Shown here in pieces: positions 18,962 through 30,690 of a stretch of 64,000 nt of DNA (within the stretch, counting starts at the first letter, position 1; every line of letters begins with the position of its first letter). A model generated the notes under the pieces. The model had not been told where the DNA came from and made no database searches. It saw only the letters and a list, made by a program, of their open reading frames with translations. This DNA is from Bacteroidota bacterium (GTDB lineage Bacteria; Bacteroidota; Bacteroidia; Chitinophagales; Chitinophagaceae): positions 365,769-429,768 of the forward strand of contig JAFDXX010000023.1 of the NCBI GenBank assembly GCA_018267705.1. The letters run 5' to 3'. Position numbers and translations under genes: made by a program.

Positions 18962-20211
18962 TGCAATCAGCAACAACATATCAATTAGATTTCAATACTG
19001 CAAAGCAAAGACTTCACAATATTGCTTTACATACACCTTTACAACTCAATCATCATCTCTCAAAAAAATACAATTGCAAAATTTATTTAAAGCGAGAAGA
19101 TTTACAAATAGTGCGTTCTTACAAACTACGCGGTGCATATAATATGATGAGTAGTTTAACTACCGAACAGTTGCAACACGGTGTTGTTTGTGCAAGTGCC
19201 GGCAATCATGCACAAGGTTTTGCCTATAGTTGTAAAAAATTAAATGTAAAGGGCGTTGTATTTATGCCAAGCATTACACCCAAACAAAAAATAACACAAA
19301 CAAAAATGTTTGGAGAGGAAAATATAAAAATAAAATTGGTTGGCGATACTTACGATGATTGTGCCATTGCTGCAAAAAAATTCACCGAAGAAAATAATAT
19401 GGTTTTCATTCCTCCCTTTGATGATTATAAAATTATTGAAGGGCAAGGAACTGTTGGCGTTGAAATTTTAGAAGAACTAAACAATATTGATTATGTGTTT
19501 ATTCCGGTTGGCGGCGGCGGGCTAGCAGCAGGTATTGGCACATACTTTAAAACTTTTTCACCACAAACAAAAATTATTGGTTTAGAACCAGAAGGTGCAC
19601 CATCTATGCAGGCTGCATTAAAAGCAGGACATCCTGTTACATTAGAAACAATTGACAAGTTTGTGGATGGTGCTGCAGTAAAAAAAATTGGCGATATAAC
19701 TTTTGCATTATGTAAAAATGTATTAAGTGATATGCATTCTATTCCTGAAGGAAAAGTTTGTTCAACCATTTTAAAATTATATAACGAAGATGCAATTGTT
19801 GTTGAACCTGCAGGTGCATTAAGCATTGCAGCATTAGACAATTATGCAAATGAAATAAAAGGGAAAACCATTGTGTGTATTGTAAGTGGTAGTAATAATG
19901 ATATTGATAGAATGCCGGAAATAAAAGAACGCAGTTTGCAATACGAAGGATTAAAACATTATTTCTTAGTTCGTTTTGCACAACGCCCAGGTGCATTAAA
20001 AGAATTTGTAAATTATGTGTTAGGAAAGAATGATGACATTACACGTTTTGAATACATGCAAAAAACAAATAAAGAGTCAGGGCATGCGTTGGTAGGTATT
20101 GAGTTACAACGAAAAGAAGATTATAAACACTTAATGGAAAAAATGAAACAATATGGAATTGATTATTCTGAAATTAATAAAAACGATACACTATTTGGAT
20201 ATTTAATTTAA
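18961..20211 (+). CDS. ilvA: Threonine ammonia-lyase (biosynthetic threonine dehydratase)
   Basis: 416 aa. PLP-dependent motifs (KREDLQIVRSYKLRGAYN, GNHAQG, GGGGL) and one C-terminal ACT-like domain. The ATG overlaps the ilvC stop by 1 nt (TAATG). Confidence 0.9.
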   Translation: MQSATTYQLDFNTAKQRLHNIALHTPLQLNHHLSKKYNCKIYLKREDLQIVRSYKLRGAYNMMSSLTTEQLQHGVVCASAGNHAQGFAYSCKKLNVKGVVFMPSITPKQKITQTKMFGEENIKIKLVGDTYDDCAIAAKKFTEENNMVFIPPFDDYKIIEGQGTVGVEILEELNNIDYVFIPVGGGGLAAGIGTYFKTFSPQTKIIGLEPEGAPSMQAALKAGHPVTLETIDKFVDGAAVKKIGDITFALCKNVLSDMHSIPEGKVCSTILKLYNEDAIVVEPAGALSIAALDNYANEIKGKTIVCIVSGSNNDIDRMPEIKERSLQYEGLKHYFLVRFAQRPGALKEFVNYVLGKNDDITRFEYMQKTNKESGHALVGIELQRKEDYKHLMEKMKQYGIDYSEINKNDTLFGYLI

Positions 20212-20311
20212 ATGTGAAAAACTAATACGTGCCTTTTAATTAAGAAAGTTTTATTTTTAGTTCGATTGCTTTAGCCATATATTTTATAACACTTTTTATA
20301 TAAATAATTAT

Positions 20312-23300
20312 ATGACAAGCAGTCACGGTTTATACCATCCTTCTTTTGAGCATGATGCATGCGGTATTGGTTTTGTTGCCAACATTAAAGGTTACAAATC
20401 ACACCAAATTATTTCAGATGCACTCACTATTTTAGAAAACATGGAACACCGTGGTGCCTGCGGTTGCGAAAACAATACAGGCGATGGGGCAGGCATTATT
20501 ATGCAAACTCCTCATGAATTTTTTTTTGATGAATGTGTGAAGTTAGGCGTTCATCTTCCGGCTTATGGAAAATATGGTGTTGGTGTTTTGTTCTTTCCAA
20601 AAGATATTCGTTTGAAAGAAGAATGTAGAGAAATATTTACACGTTCTGCAGAAAAATTAGGATTAGAAATTGTAACATACAGAAAAATTCCTGTAAACAC
20701 ATCTGATATTGGTGCCTCTGCATTAAATGTTCAACCCGAAATGGAGCAAGTATTTATTGCCTGCCCCGATTATATTAATAACGCTGATGATTTTGAAAGA
20801 AAATTATTTGTACTTCGTAACTATGCAAATCATACAATCAACAACACTATTAAAAAAGATGCGATAGGTTTTTATGTTGCATCCTTATCTTATAAAACAG
20901 TAGTTTATAAAGGGCAATTAACAAGCCATCAATTAAGAAATTATTTCCCAGATTTAAATAACAAAAGAATAGTAAGTGCATTTGGCTTAATTCATTCACG
21001 TTTTGCAACCAATACTTTCCCATCATGGAAATTAGCACAACCATTTCGCTACATTGCACATAACGGAGAAATAAATACTTTACAAGGAAATTTAAATTGG
21101 TTAAAAACCAGCGAGAAAGGTTTCATCTCTCCATACTTCAGCAAAGAAGAAATGGACATGTTATTACCCATAATTTTTGAAGGGCAAAGTGATAGTGCAT
21201 GCTTAGATAACATGATTGAATTACTCACACTATGCGGAAGAAGTTTACCACATGTAATGATGATGTTAATTCCTGAAGCATGGGATGGACATGATGAAAT
21301 GGATGCAACAAAAAAAGCTTTTTATGAATTTCATGCTGCATTTATGGAACCCTGGGATGGGCCTGCTTCTATTTCATTTACCGATGGAAAAATAATTGGT
21401 GCAACGCTTGACAGGAACGGGTTACGCCCATCACGCTATTGTGTTACAAATGATGACAGAGTTATTATGGCAAGTGAAACAGGCGTTCTACCTATCGATC
21501 CCTCTATCATTATTGAAAACGGAAGATTACAACCCGGAAAAATGTTTGTGGTGAATATGGAGCAAGGAAGAATTATAAGTGATGATGAATTAAAACAAAA
21601 AATATGTTCACAAAAACCTTATGCCGAATGGTTGAACAAATTTAAAATTCGTTTAGAAGAATTGCCCGAACCAAGAGTAATGTTTACACATTTAGAACAT
21701 GAGCAAGTATCTAAATACCAAAAAGCATTTGGCTATTCAACAGAAGATTTAGAAACCATTATTGCACCAATGGCATTAGATGGCAAAGAACCCATTGGAA
21801 GTATGGGAACCGATACCCCTTTAGCTGTATTGAGTGAACAACCACAACATTTATCATCTTATTTTAAACAATTATTTGCACAAGTAACCAATCCTCCTAT
21901 TGATCCTATCAGAGAAAAATTGGTAATGAGCTTGGCAACTTTTGCAGGCAACAACGGCAACCTGTTAATTGAAGATCCATTAGATTGCCACAGTGTAGCA
22001 TTAAAACATCCAATACTAAATAATTATGAGTTAGAAAAAATTAGAAGTATAGATACCGGAATTTTTCAAGCAAAAACTTTACAAACTTATTTCCGAGCAG
22101 ATGGCAAAGCTGGTTCCTTACAAAAAGGATTAGAAAGATTATGCCGCTATGCGAATGATGCAGTGGAAGATGGCTTTGAAGTATTAATATTAACAGATAG
22201 AGCTATTGATAGTGAACATGCCCCTATCCCATCTTTACTGGCATGTGCCGCAGTACACCATCATTTAATAAGAAAAGGTTATCGTGGCCAAGTAGGTATT
22301 ATTGTTGAAGCAGGCGACATTTGGGAAGTACATCATTTTGCATGTTTAATTGGTTTTGGTGCAACGGCAATTAACCCTTATCTCGCTTTATCTACCATTC
22401 GTGATATGAAATTGAGCGGAAAAATTAAAACAGATTTAAAAGTAGATGATTTGAAAAAAAATTATATAAAATCTGTTTGTGATGGGTTACTGAAAGTATT
22501 CTCTAAAATGGGAATATCAACTTTACAATCTTATCAAGGTGCACAAATATTTGAAATACTAGGATTAAATAAAACAGTAGTTGATAAATATTTTACCGGA
22601 ACAATTTCACGTATTGAAGGATTAGGACTAGATGAAATTGCAAAAGAAGCTTTAGCAAAACATCAGTTTGCATTCAATAAAAAAAATATTGCTACTAACC
22701 GTTTACCTGTTGGTGGTTTATACCAATGGAAACGAAAAGGAGAATTTCATTTATTCAATCCAACTACTATTCATCTATTGCAATATTCAACAAGAATGAA
22801 TGATTACAATACTTTCAAAAAATATACAAAACATATTAACGAACAAAGTGAAAAAGCTTGCACATTAAGAAGTTTATTAGAATTTAAACGCAATCACCCT
22901 TCTATTTCAATTGATGAAGTAGAACCCGCAGAAAACATATATAAAAGATTTGCAACTGGTGCCATGAGCTTTGGTTCTATTTCACATGAAGCCCATAGTA
23001 CATTAGCAATTGCAATGAATCGTTTAGGAGCAAAAAGTAACACAGGTGAAGGTGGTGAAGATGAAATGCGATATAATAAATTACCGAATGGAGATAGCAT
23101 GCGTAGTGCTATTAAACAAGTTGCATCAGCACGTTTTGGCGTTACCAGTTTATATTTAACCGAAGCAGATGAATTACAAATTAAAATGGCACAAGGTGCT
23201 AAACCAGGTGAAGGTGGGCAATTAGCAGGGCATAAAGTTGATGAATGGATTGGAAAAGTTCGTCATTCAACTCCGGGTGTTGGATTAATTTCTCCGCCAC

Positions 23301-24832
23301 CGCATCATGATATTTACTCAATTGAAGATTTGGCACAATTAATTTTTGATTTAAAAAATGCGAACAGAAATGCACGCATTAATGTTAAGTTAGTTTCTAA
23401 AGCCGGTGTTGGCACAATTGCTGCAGGCGTAACCAAAGCAAAAGCAGATGTAGTACTAATTGCAGGATATGACGGCGGAACAGGTGCCTCCTCCATTTCA
23501 TCTATTAAACATACAGGATTACCATGGGAATTAGGTTTAGCAGAAACACATCAAACATTAGTAAAAAATAAATTAAGAAGCAGAGTTATTGTGCAAGCAG
23601 ATGGGCAAATGCGTACAGGGCGTGATATTGCCGTTGCAGCTTTACTCGGTGCAGAAGAATGGGGCATTGCAACTGCTGCATTAGTTGTTGAAGGTTGTAT
23701 TATGATGCGTAAATGCCATTTAAATACTTGTCCGGTTGGTGTTGCAACACAAGATCCGGAATTAAGAACAAGGTATACTGGCAATGTTGATCATGTAATT
23801 AATTTCTTCAAATTTTTAGTGCAAGATTTAAGAGAAATAATGGCTGAATTAGGTTTCAAAACAATTAACGAAATGATTGGTCAAGTTGATTGTTTACAAA
23901 TAAGAGAAGATATTAAACATTGGAAATATTCAAAATTAGATTTATCTCCTATCTTATATAAAGAAGAAACTTCTAAATATGTTGGATTACACAAACAAAA
24001 AGAACAAGACCATGAATTAAGTAATGTATTAGATTGGAAATTATTAAACATTGCTAAACCTGCCTTAGAAACAAAAACTAAAGTAAAAGCAACATTTGAG
24101 ATAAAAAATACTGATAGAACTGTTGGAACAATTTTATCAAATGAACTAACTAAAATATATAGAAGTGCAGGGTTGCCTGATGATACCATTCATTTTAAAT
24201 TTAAAGGAACAGCAGGACAAAGCTTTGGGGCATTCAATAACAAAGGAATTACATTAGAATTAGAAGGTGATGCCAATGATTATTTTGGAAAAGGATTAAG
24301 CGGTGCCAAATTAATTGTATATCCTTCTGCACAAGCAAAGTTTATTCCACAAGAAAATATTATTATAGGCAACGTTGCATTTTATGGTGCTACAAGTGGT
24401 GAAGCATATATAAGAGGCAAAGCTGGAGAACGATTTGCCGTACGAAACTCAGGTGCAACAACGGTTGTAGAAGGTGTTGGAGATCATGGCTGTGAATATA
24501 TGACTGGCGGGAAAGTTGTAATACTAGGTGATATCGGAAGAAATTTTGCAGCAGGTATGAGTGGTGGTATAGCATACATATATAATATAAAAGAAAATTT
24601 TGTCAACAACTGCAATAAAGAAATGGTTGATTTAGATGAAATAGATGATAATGATATCATTGAATTAAAAGCATTATTAGAAAAACATTTTCAATACACA
24701 CAAAGTACTGTTGCAAAATTTATATTAAGCGATTTACAAAATCAGATAAAAAACTTTATAAAAATATTTCCAAAAGATTATAAAAAGGCATTGCAAAACA
24801 AAAATGAAAAATTAATAATACATAATTCATAA
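20312..24832 (+). CDS. gltB: Glutamate synthase large subunit
   Basis: 1506 aa. N-terminal amidotransferase begins ...HDACGIGFVA. FMN/FeS central domains and a GXGXG C-terminal domain. Confidence 0.95.
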   Translation: MTSSHGLYHPSFEHDACGIGFVANIKGYKSHQIISDALTILENMEHRGACGCENNTGDGAGIIMQTPHEFFFDECVKLGVHLPAYGKYGVGVLFFPKDIRLKEECREIFTRSAEKLGLEIVTYRKIPVNTSDIGASALNVQPEMEQVFIACPDYINNADDFERKLFVLRNYANHTINNTIKKDAIGFYVASLSYKTVVYKGQLTSHQLRNYFPDLNNKRIVSAFGLIHSRFATNTFPSWKLAQPFRYIAHNGEINTLQGNLNWLKTSEKGFISPYFSKEEMDMLLPIIFEGQSDSACLDNMIELLTLCGRSLPHVMMMLIPEAWDGHDEMDATKKAFYEFHAAFMEPWDGPASISFTDGKIIGATLDRNGLRPSRYCVTNDDRVIMASETGVLPIDPSIIIENGRLQPGKMFVVNMEQGRIISDDELKQKICSQKPYAEWLNKFKIRLEELPEPRVMFTHLEHEQVSKYQKAFGYSTEDLETIIAPMALDGKEPIGSMGTDTPLAVLSEQPQHLSSYFKQLFAQVTNPPIDPIREKLVMSLATFAGNNGNLLIEDPLDCHSVALKHPILNNYELEKIRSIDTGIFQAKTLQTYFRADGKAGSLQKGLERLCRYANDAVEDGFEVLILTDRAIDSEHAPIPSLLACAAVHHHLIRKGYRGQVGIIVEAGDIWEVHHFACLIGFGATAINPYLALSTIRDMKLSGKIKTDLKVDDLKKNYIKSVCDGLLKVFSKMGISTLQSYQGAQIFEILGLNKTVVDKYFTGTISRIEGLGLDEIAKEALAKHQFAFNKKNIATNRLPVGGLYQWKRKGEFHLFNPTTIHLLQYSTRMNDYNTFKKYTKHINEQSEKACTLRSLLEFKRNHPSISIDEVEPAENIYKRFATGAMSFGSISHEAHSTLAIAMNRLGAKSNTGEGGEDEMRYNKLPNGDSMRSAIKQVASARFGVTSLYLTEADELQIKMAQGAKPGEGGQLAGHKVDEWIGKVRHSTPGVGLISPPPHHDIYSIEDLAQLIFDLKNANRNARINVKLVSKAGVGTIAAGVTKAKADVVLIAGYDGGTGASSISSIKHTGLPWELGLAETHQTLVKNKLRSRVIVQADGQMRTGRDIAVAALLGAEEWGIATAALVVEGCIMMRKCHLNTCPVGVATQDPELRTRYTGNVDHVINFFKFLVQDLREIMAELGFKTINEMIGQVDCLQIREDIKHWKYSKLDLSPILYKEETSKYVGLHKQKEQDHELSNVLDWKLLNIAKPALETKTKVKATFEIKNTDRTVGTILSNELTKIYRSAGLPDDTIHFKFKGTAGQSFGAFNNKGITLELEGDANDYFGKGLSGAKLIVYPSAQAKFIPQENIIIGNVAFYGATSGEAYIRGKAGERFAVRNSGATTVVEGVGDHGCEYMTGGKVVILGDIGRNFAAGMSGGIAYIYNIKENFVNNCNKEMVDLDEIDDNDIIELKALLEKHFQYTQSTVAKFILSDLQNQIKNFIKIFPKDYKKALQNKNEKLIIHNS

Positions 24833-24870
24833 TTGTTAAATATACTTCATTCATCATTTATAACTATATC

Positions 24871-26376
24871 ATGGGTAAAGCAACCGGTTTTTTAGAATTT
24901 ACAAGAGAAATGCCTGCAAAAGCAAGTGTAGCAGAACGTTTACAACACTATAAAGAATTTGAACAACCATATACCGAAGAACAATTAAATCAACAAGCAG
25001 CACGTTGTATGAATTGCGGTGTTCCATTCTGTCATAATGGTTGCCCTTTAGGAAATATTATTCCGGAATTTAATGATGCCGTGTATAATGGCAATTGGGA
25101 AGAAGCATACAGCATCTTAACATCAACAAATAATTTTCCTGAATTTACCGGAAGAATTTGCCCTGCCCCTTGCGAGAGTGCATGTGTGTTAGGAATCAAT
25201 CAACCTCCTGTTGTTATTGAAGAAATAGAAAAACATATTATTGAAATTGCATTCGATAAAAATTTTGTTCAACCACACAAACCCAATATTCGTACAGGGA
25301 AAAAAGTTGCTATCATAGGAAGCGGGCCTTCGGGTTTAGCTACTGCTGCACAATTAAATTATGCAGGGCATACCGTTATAGTTTTTGAAAGAGATGATGC
25401 TGCAGGTGGTTTATTGCGTTATGGTATTCCTGATTTTAAATTAGAGAAATGGGTAATTGATAGAAGAATAAAATTAATGGAAGAAGAAGGTATTACATTT
25501 AAATACCATAGTAATGTTGGTGTGAATATTAGTATCAACGATATTTTAAGAGAACACAATGCAGTTGTTTTAGCAGGTGGATCAACAATTCCACGCGATT
25601 TAAAAATTAAAGGAAGAGAATTAAACGGTGTTCATTTTGCTATGCCATTCTTAAAACAAAATAATAAAAGAGTTGCAGAAAAAGATTTTTTATTGCATGC
25701 TACTATTGAAAGCAATATTCTTTTAAATGAATTAAAAGCAACCAATAAAAATGTTGTTATAATTGGAGGTGGAGATACCGGAAGCGATTGTGTAGGAACT
25801 GCAAACAGACAGGGAGCTAAAACCATAACACAATTTGAATTAATGCCCAAACCAAGCATAGAGCGAACTCTATTCATGCCATGGCCAACATATCCAATGA
25901 TTTTAAAAACAACTACATCACATGAAGAAGGGGTAAATAGACATTGGGCTGTTGCAACAAAAGAATTTATTGGAGATGAAAAAGGTAATTTAAAAGCATT
26001 AAAAATTGTTGATTTAGAATGGAAAATTACAGAAGAAGGTAAACCTGCAAACTTTGTAGAAATTGCAACAAGTGAAAGAGAAATTCCTTGCGAATTAGTT
26101 TTACTGGCAATGGGTTTTGTGCATCCGCAACATGAAGGTTTATTAGATGAATTAGAAATTGATTTAGATGAAAGAGGTAATGTAAAAGCAAGCGATAAAT
26201 TATATCAAACAAATATTGCAAAAGTATTTACAGCCGGTGATATGAGAAGAGGACAAAGCTTAGTTGTATGGGCAATAAGTGAAGGAAGAGAATGTGCAAG
26301 AAAAGTAGATGAATTTTTAATGGGCACCTCTTTATTAGAAAGCAAAGACAATAGCGTTTTAAACGTAACAATTTAA
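24871..26376 (+). CDS. gltD: Glutamate synthase small subunit (NADPH)
   Basis: 501 aa. CMNCGVPFCH and CPAPCESAC FeS motifs, GSGPSGL and GGGDTGSDC dinucleotide motifs. Confidence 0.95.
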   Translation: MGKATGFLEFTREMPAKASVAERLQHYKEFEQPYTEEQLNQQAARCMNCGVPFCHNGCPLGNIIPEFNDAVYNGNWEEAYSILTSTNNFPEFTGRICPAPCESACVLGINQPPVVIEEIEKHIIEIAFDKNFVQPHKPNIRTGKKVAIIGSGPSGLATAAQLNYAGHTVIVFERDDAAGGLLRYGIPDFKLEKWVIDRRIKLMEEEGITFKYHSNVGVNISINDILREHNAVVLAGGSTIPRDLKIKGRELNGVHFAMPFLKQNNKRVAEKDFLLHATIESNILLNELKATNKNVVIIGGGDTGSDCVGTANRQGAKTITQFELMPKPSIERTLFMPWPTYPMILKTTTSHEEGVNRHWAVATKEFIGDEKGNLKALKIVDLEWKITEEGKPANFVEIATSEREIPCELVLLAMGFVHPQHEGLLDELEIDLDERGNVKASDKLYQTNIAKVFTAGDMRRGQSLVVWAISEGRECARKVDEFLMGTSLLESKDNSVLNVTI

Positions 26377-26397
26377 ATACAATATTTTTTAAATTAT

Positions 26398-28971
26398 TTA
26401 AGCCGAATTTCTACCTGCATTAATAATACCGAAAGAACAACGCATGACTAGTTTTTCTAAAGATTTTTTGTGCGGAAATTCTGCTGATTGTTCTTCCATT
26501 TCACGAATTTTTGTAAACGCATATTGTTGAATGGTAAGCAATGGCAATACAATTCTTTCACGCATTTGAATAGATAATTTTTCAACAGGATAATCATGCA
26601 TCAATTCAGCGTTTAATGATAATTTTTGTATATATGATTTTGTAAGTTCAAATTCATCGTATACCATATTCCATATTTCTCCATATTTTTCATGATGAGA
26701 CAAAAACAAAGTAAGCGGAAAAAAACATTTTTGCATTACCATTTCACAGTTATCAATAAGCGTTTTAAAAAATAAAGAGTTTTGATATAGTGTTTGTAAT
26801 TCATTCCATTTACCACTTTGCTCCATCTTTTTTAATGCAGTGCCAACGCCGTAAAAACCCGTTACATTTTGTTTTAATTGGCTCCATGCTCCAACAAAAG
26901 GAATAGCACGCAAATCTTCAAATGTTAGTTTAGATGATCCGCCTCTTTTTGTTGGCCTTGACCCAATATTAGTTTCAGCATAAAATCTTAAAGGGCTTGC
27001 ATGTTCTAAATATTCTACAAAATAAGGATGCTCTTTTAATTGGATATAAGCTAAATAACTTTCTTCTGATAATAACTGCAACAATTCTTCTTGCTTTTTT
27101 TCTAATGTAATTTTTGAAGGAGAAAAAATATCGTTGGCTATTCCTGCATGAATTAATTGTTCAATATTATACTGTGCTGCTTCAATAGTACCAAAGTTTG
27201 AACTTATAGTTTGCCCTTGAATGGTTAATTGAATTTCTTTATTTGAAATGTTTTTTCCCATTGATGCATAAAACTGATGTGTTTTACCTCCGCCTCTTGC
27301 AGGTGGCCCTCCACGGCCATCAAAAAACAATACATCAATTCCATAATTATTTGAAAGAGCAGTTAATAATTCTTTTGCTTTATAAATACACCAGTTAGCC
27401 ATTAAATAACCTCCATCCTTTGTTCCGTCAGAAAACCCTAACATAATTGTTTGCTTGTTTTGACGTTGTTGTAAATGTTTACGATACACTTCATTCTCAT
27501 ACAATTCTTTCATTATTTTTTCTGCCCGTTGCAAATCATCAATGGTTTCAAATAATGGAATAATGTCAATATGCATTTGTGTTTTTTCCCATCCACTTAT
27601 TAAAAACAAACCATATACTTCTATTACGTTTAATGCACTGTTACAATGGCTAATAATGTAACGGTTACAACCTTTCTCTCCATTATATTTCTGAATGGTT
27701 TTAATAGTTTTAATAACATCTATCGTATCCTTATAAACATCATTCGATAAAATATTTTCTTGTAAATGTTGGTTAATAGATAGCAAAGAGTTTATTTTTT
27801 CTACATCATTCAGTTCAAAGTAGTTCTTGTTTAATAAATTGGTTTTAACAGCAAGTTCATTTAACACTTGTTCGTGAATACTGCTATCTTGTCTTATATC
27901 TAACGATGCAAAGTGTAGCCCAAACAATTCTACTTTATTTATTAATTCTTCAACTTGATTCACAAATAAATTACTGTGTTCATATATTAACTGACTTCTA
28001 ATTTCATTTAATGCAATAATAATTTCATCTCTTGTTAAATCAAATTGATAATCGGGAATAAATAAATTATTATATAATCTTTTTTCTAATTTGGCTAAAG
28101 CAATATCAACATCTTTAAATGTTAATCTTCGTTTAAGTTTTCGCACATCAGTATAATAACATTTTATAATTGCACTACGCAATGCACCTGCCACTTGCAA
28201 AGTAATATCTGCTTTTACAAAAGGGTTTCCATCTCTATCTCCCCCGGGCCAAAAGCCCATTTTAATAATGGGGTTATTTAAATTGATGATTGATGAAAAA
28301 TTATTTTTTATATAAGAAACAATTCTTCCTGATGCCTGATAAAAAACATTCTCTAAATACCAAACCAAACTAATAGCTTCATCATAAGGTGTTGGTTTTT
28401 GTTGTTGAAAGAATGGTGTTCTTCCCAACTGTTGTAAATAAGTATATATTTGGTTTTCGTTGTTGTTATTTATGGCTGAAGATAAATCGTGTATAATTCC
28501 TAAAACTGCATCTCTGTAAAATTGTGTGGGGTGTGCCGTTAATACTAATTGAATACAAAAATCATTCATTTTTTTAAATACAATTTCTTCCTGATTTTGT
28601 TTTTCAATTTCAAGTGAAAGATGTTTTAATGTTCCTTTCCCGTTCATATCATTAATTTGCTTGAAAGCCGCATCTTCTAACGCATCAAACAAAACCACTT
28701 GTCTTTCTACATATTGCACAAAACGAAACAATACATCTAATTTTTCTTGAGGGTTGGTGATAGATGTTTGTTTTGCAAAAAAATCTTCAATAATTTGAAC
28801 GGGGCTTAATCTTTTTTTATACCCATCTTCACAATTCAATAAAAGCAAAGAAACCCATATACCTGTTTTTTCAATTCTATGAAAGGGAAGTGAAGTAAAT
28901 AAACTATTATACAACTGAAACTTAATGGCCACAAGGTTTTTAAACGTTTGCAGATTAGCCGAATTAGACAT
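26398..28971 (-). CDS. ppc: Phosphoenolpyruvate carboxylase
   Basis: TAHPTQ, GFWPGGDRDGNP, GYSDGTKDGG-like (GFSDGTKDGG) and FDGRGGPPARGGG motifs. The track ORF starts at TTG 29004; I prefer ATG 28971 (MSNSANLQ...). Confidence 0.9.
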   Translation of the reverse strand: MSNSANLQTFKNLVAIKFQLYNSLFTSLPFHRIEKTGIWVSLLLLNCEDGYKKRLSPVQIIEDFFAKQTSITNPQEKLDVLFRFVQYVERQVVLFDALEDAAFKQINDMNGKGTLKHLSLEIEKQNQEEIVFKKMNDFCIQLVLTAHPTQFYRDAVLGIIHDLSSAINNNNENQIYTYLQQLGRTPFFQQQKPTPYDEAISLVWYLENVFYQASGRIVSYIKNNFSSIINLNNPIIKMGFWPGGDRDGNPFVKADITLQVAGALRSAIIKCYYTDVRKLKRRLTFKDVDIALAKLEKRLYNNLFIPDYQFDLTRDEIIIALNEIRSQLIYEHSNLFVNQVEELINKVELFGLHFASLDIRQDSSIHEQVLNELAVKTNLLNKNYFELNDVEKINSLLSINQHLQENILSNDVYKDTIDVIKTIKTIQKYNGEKGCNRYIISHCNSALNVIEVYGLFLISGWEKTQMHIDIIPLFETIDDLQRAEKIMKELYENEVYRKHLQQRQNKQTIMLGFSDGTKDGGYLMANWCIYKAKELLTALSNNYGIDVLFFDGRGGPPARGGGKTHQFYASMGKNISNKEIQLTIQGQTISSNFGTIEAAQYNIEQLIHAGIANDIFSPSKITLEKKQEELLQLLSEESYLAYIQLKEHPYFVEYLEHASPLRFYAETNIGSRPTKRGGSSKLTFEDLRAIPFVGAWSQLKQNVTGFYGVGTALKKMEQSGKWNELQTLYQNSLFFKTLIDNCEMVMQKCFFPLTLFLSHHEKYGEIWNMVYDEFELTKSYIQKLSLNAELMHDYPVEKLSIQMRERIVLPLLTIQQYAFTKIREMEEQSAEFPHKKSLEKLVMRCSFGIINAGRNSA

Positions 28972-29046
28972 ATATATTTTTTTAGCAAATAAAAAAGCAG
29001 GCAATCATTAAACAAACACTAAAATACAAAAATGTTAAGCGTTTAG

Positions 29047-30654
29047 CTAATTTAATAAACTATCTTTTGTTGTATTATTTTTAAAACCTTTCAACCGATA
29101 TACATAAAAATATCTTACTGCTTTACCACCACGCATTTGATTAATAACAACAGGTGCATGTATGTATGTAAATAACCCTCCATACACTTCTTTAACATTT
29201 AATGGCAAGTTTGATGGTACAATACAATAAGCATCATCGCCTTTTTGCAAAGGTTTTCTTTCTTTATTTAACCAAGCAAATTCATGTAAATCTTCTAATT
29301 TCCCTATACCAATTACTTCTTGGTGCGATTGTCTTGCCACATACATTTCAATATGTGCTGCCGGAAACCATTTTGCCACAACAATGGGCGTTCTATCTCG
29401 CATTATGCCCGTATGCAAATCATCCTCTACCAATGCAGCATATTGTTTTCCAAAATCTTTCCATCCACTTATATCTAATGTTGGACAATATTCTCCATAA
29501 TTTTTTTCTTCTTTACTCCCTAAATTAAACGGAGCAAAATTGGCTAACAAAGTTCCCGCAAATAATATTACTATTACTAAACTTCCTGCAAATTTTAAAA
29601 CAGTTGGAATAATACGATTTGTTTTTTCACTTAAATAAATTCCGGTTAATAACATGAATGGAATAAATGCAGGACCACTCCAATGCGGTAATGTTGGATT
29701 AAATAATGCAATCATCCAAAACACCAATAACATAGGAATACTCATACAAAGTAGCCATATTGTTTTATTAAATACAAATTTTTCTTTATGTTTTATACAG
29801 AAACCAATACCTAAAATAAATACAACATAAATAACAGGATTTTGATACAACAACTCTCCTACTATTTCTTGCACAAATGCATCAAATTGAATGGTATGAT
29901 GCGTTACTCTTTCTGAATGAAAAGTGTAGGTAATAAATTTATTTTCAATGTTCCAATAAATAATAGGGAACAAACAAATAATTGTAACTAAACCTCCTAC
30001 GTATAAAAATAGGTTAGCAAATAATTTTCTTTTTTTAAGAAGGATAAATAAACCAAAACCCATCCATAAAAATAAAGCATGCACTTTACTTAAAGTTGCT
30101 AAACCAATAGTTAAACCAAGTAATACTAACAATATTTTTTTATTAGTTATTGATAAGGTTTTTGTTTGATAAGATTCCTCTTTAATTAAAGCCATGCTGC
30201 TATCTTCAGCATGAGAATCATTAAACAAAATGCAACTCATTAAATACAAAGAAGCAGTCCAGAAAGGCATTTGCGGGCTATCTGGCAAAATAAACATTCC
30301 GGCAATAATACCTGTATAAACAGAGCAGTTGTATAATAATGCAGCATACCAGCCTGCTTTTGCAGAATGCAATTTTTTTGCTGTGAGAAAAATAAAATAA
30401 GATGAAACACCACAGCCAATAATAGCTCCTAAACGCATTGAAACATCATTAATCCAATTAAGATTTAATGTTGTTAAACGAATGAATAAACCAACCATTG
30501 GCGGATGGTCAAAATAACTCCAATCGGGTCTTAATGCATAAGTATAATAATATACTTCATCATTACCCAACTCTACAAATGTTGCAATAACTATTTTAAA
30601 AATGGAAGCAAAAACAATAAGATATATTAACCGTTTTTGATAATTTATTTCCAT
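29047..30654 (-). CDS. ArnT/PMT-like polyprenyl-phosphate-sugar-dependent glycosyltransferase (multi-pass membrane)
   Basis: 535 aa. N-terminal GNDEVYYYTYALRPDWSYFDHPPMV motif typical of the GT39/GT83-like family. Many TM segments and a soluble C-terminal domain. Confidence 0.75.
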   Translation of the reverse strand: MEINYQKRLIYLIVFASIFKIVIATFVELGNDEVYYYTYALRPDWSYFDHPPMVGLFIRLTTLNLNWINDVSMRLGAIIGCGVSSYFIFLTAKKLHSAKAGWYAALLYNCSVYTGIIAGMFILPDSPQMPFWTASLYLMSCILFNDSHAEDSSMALIKEESYQTKTLSITNKKILLVLLGLTIGLATLSKVHALFLWMGFGLFILLKKRKLFANLFLYVGGLVTIICLFPIIYWNIENKFITYTFHSERVTHHTIQFDAFVQEIVGELLYQNPVIYVVFILGIGFCIKHKEKFVFNKTIWLLCMSIPMLLVFWMIALFNPTLPHWSGPAFIPFMLLTGIYLSEKTNRIIPTVLKFAGSLVIVILFAGTLLANFAPFNLGSKEEKNYGEYCPTLDISGWKDFGKQYAALVEDDLHTGIMRDRTPIVVAKWFPAAHIEMYVARQSHQEVIGIGKLEDLHEFAWLNKERKPLQKGDDAYCIVPSNLPLNVKEVYGGLFTYIHAPVVINQMRGGKAVRYFYVYRLKGFKNNTTKDSLLN

Positions 30655-30690
30655 TACATAATCTTCTTATAATAAAAAATGTATGATTAA

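Noticed and set aside
28972-29004. TTG-initiated 11-codon extension of ppc
   Set aside because: ATG at 28971 gives MSNSANLQ..., and the extension adds only a hydrophobic stub.
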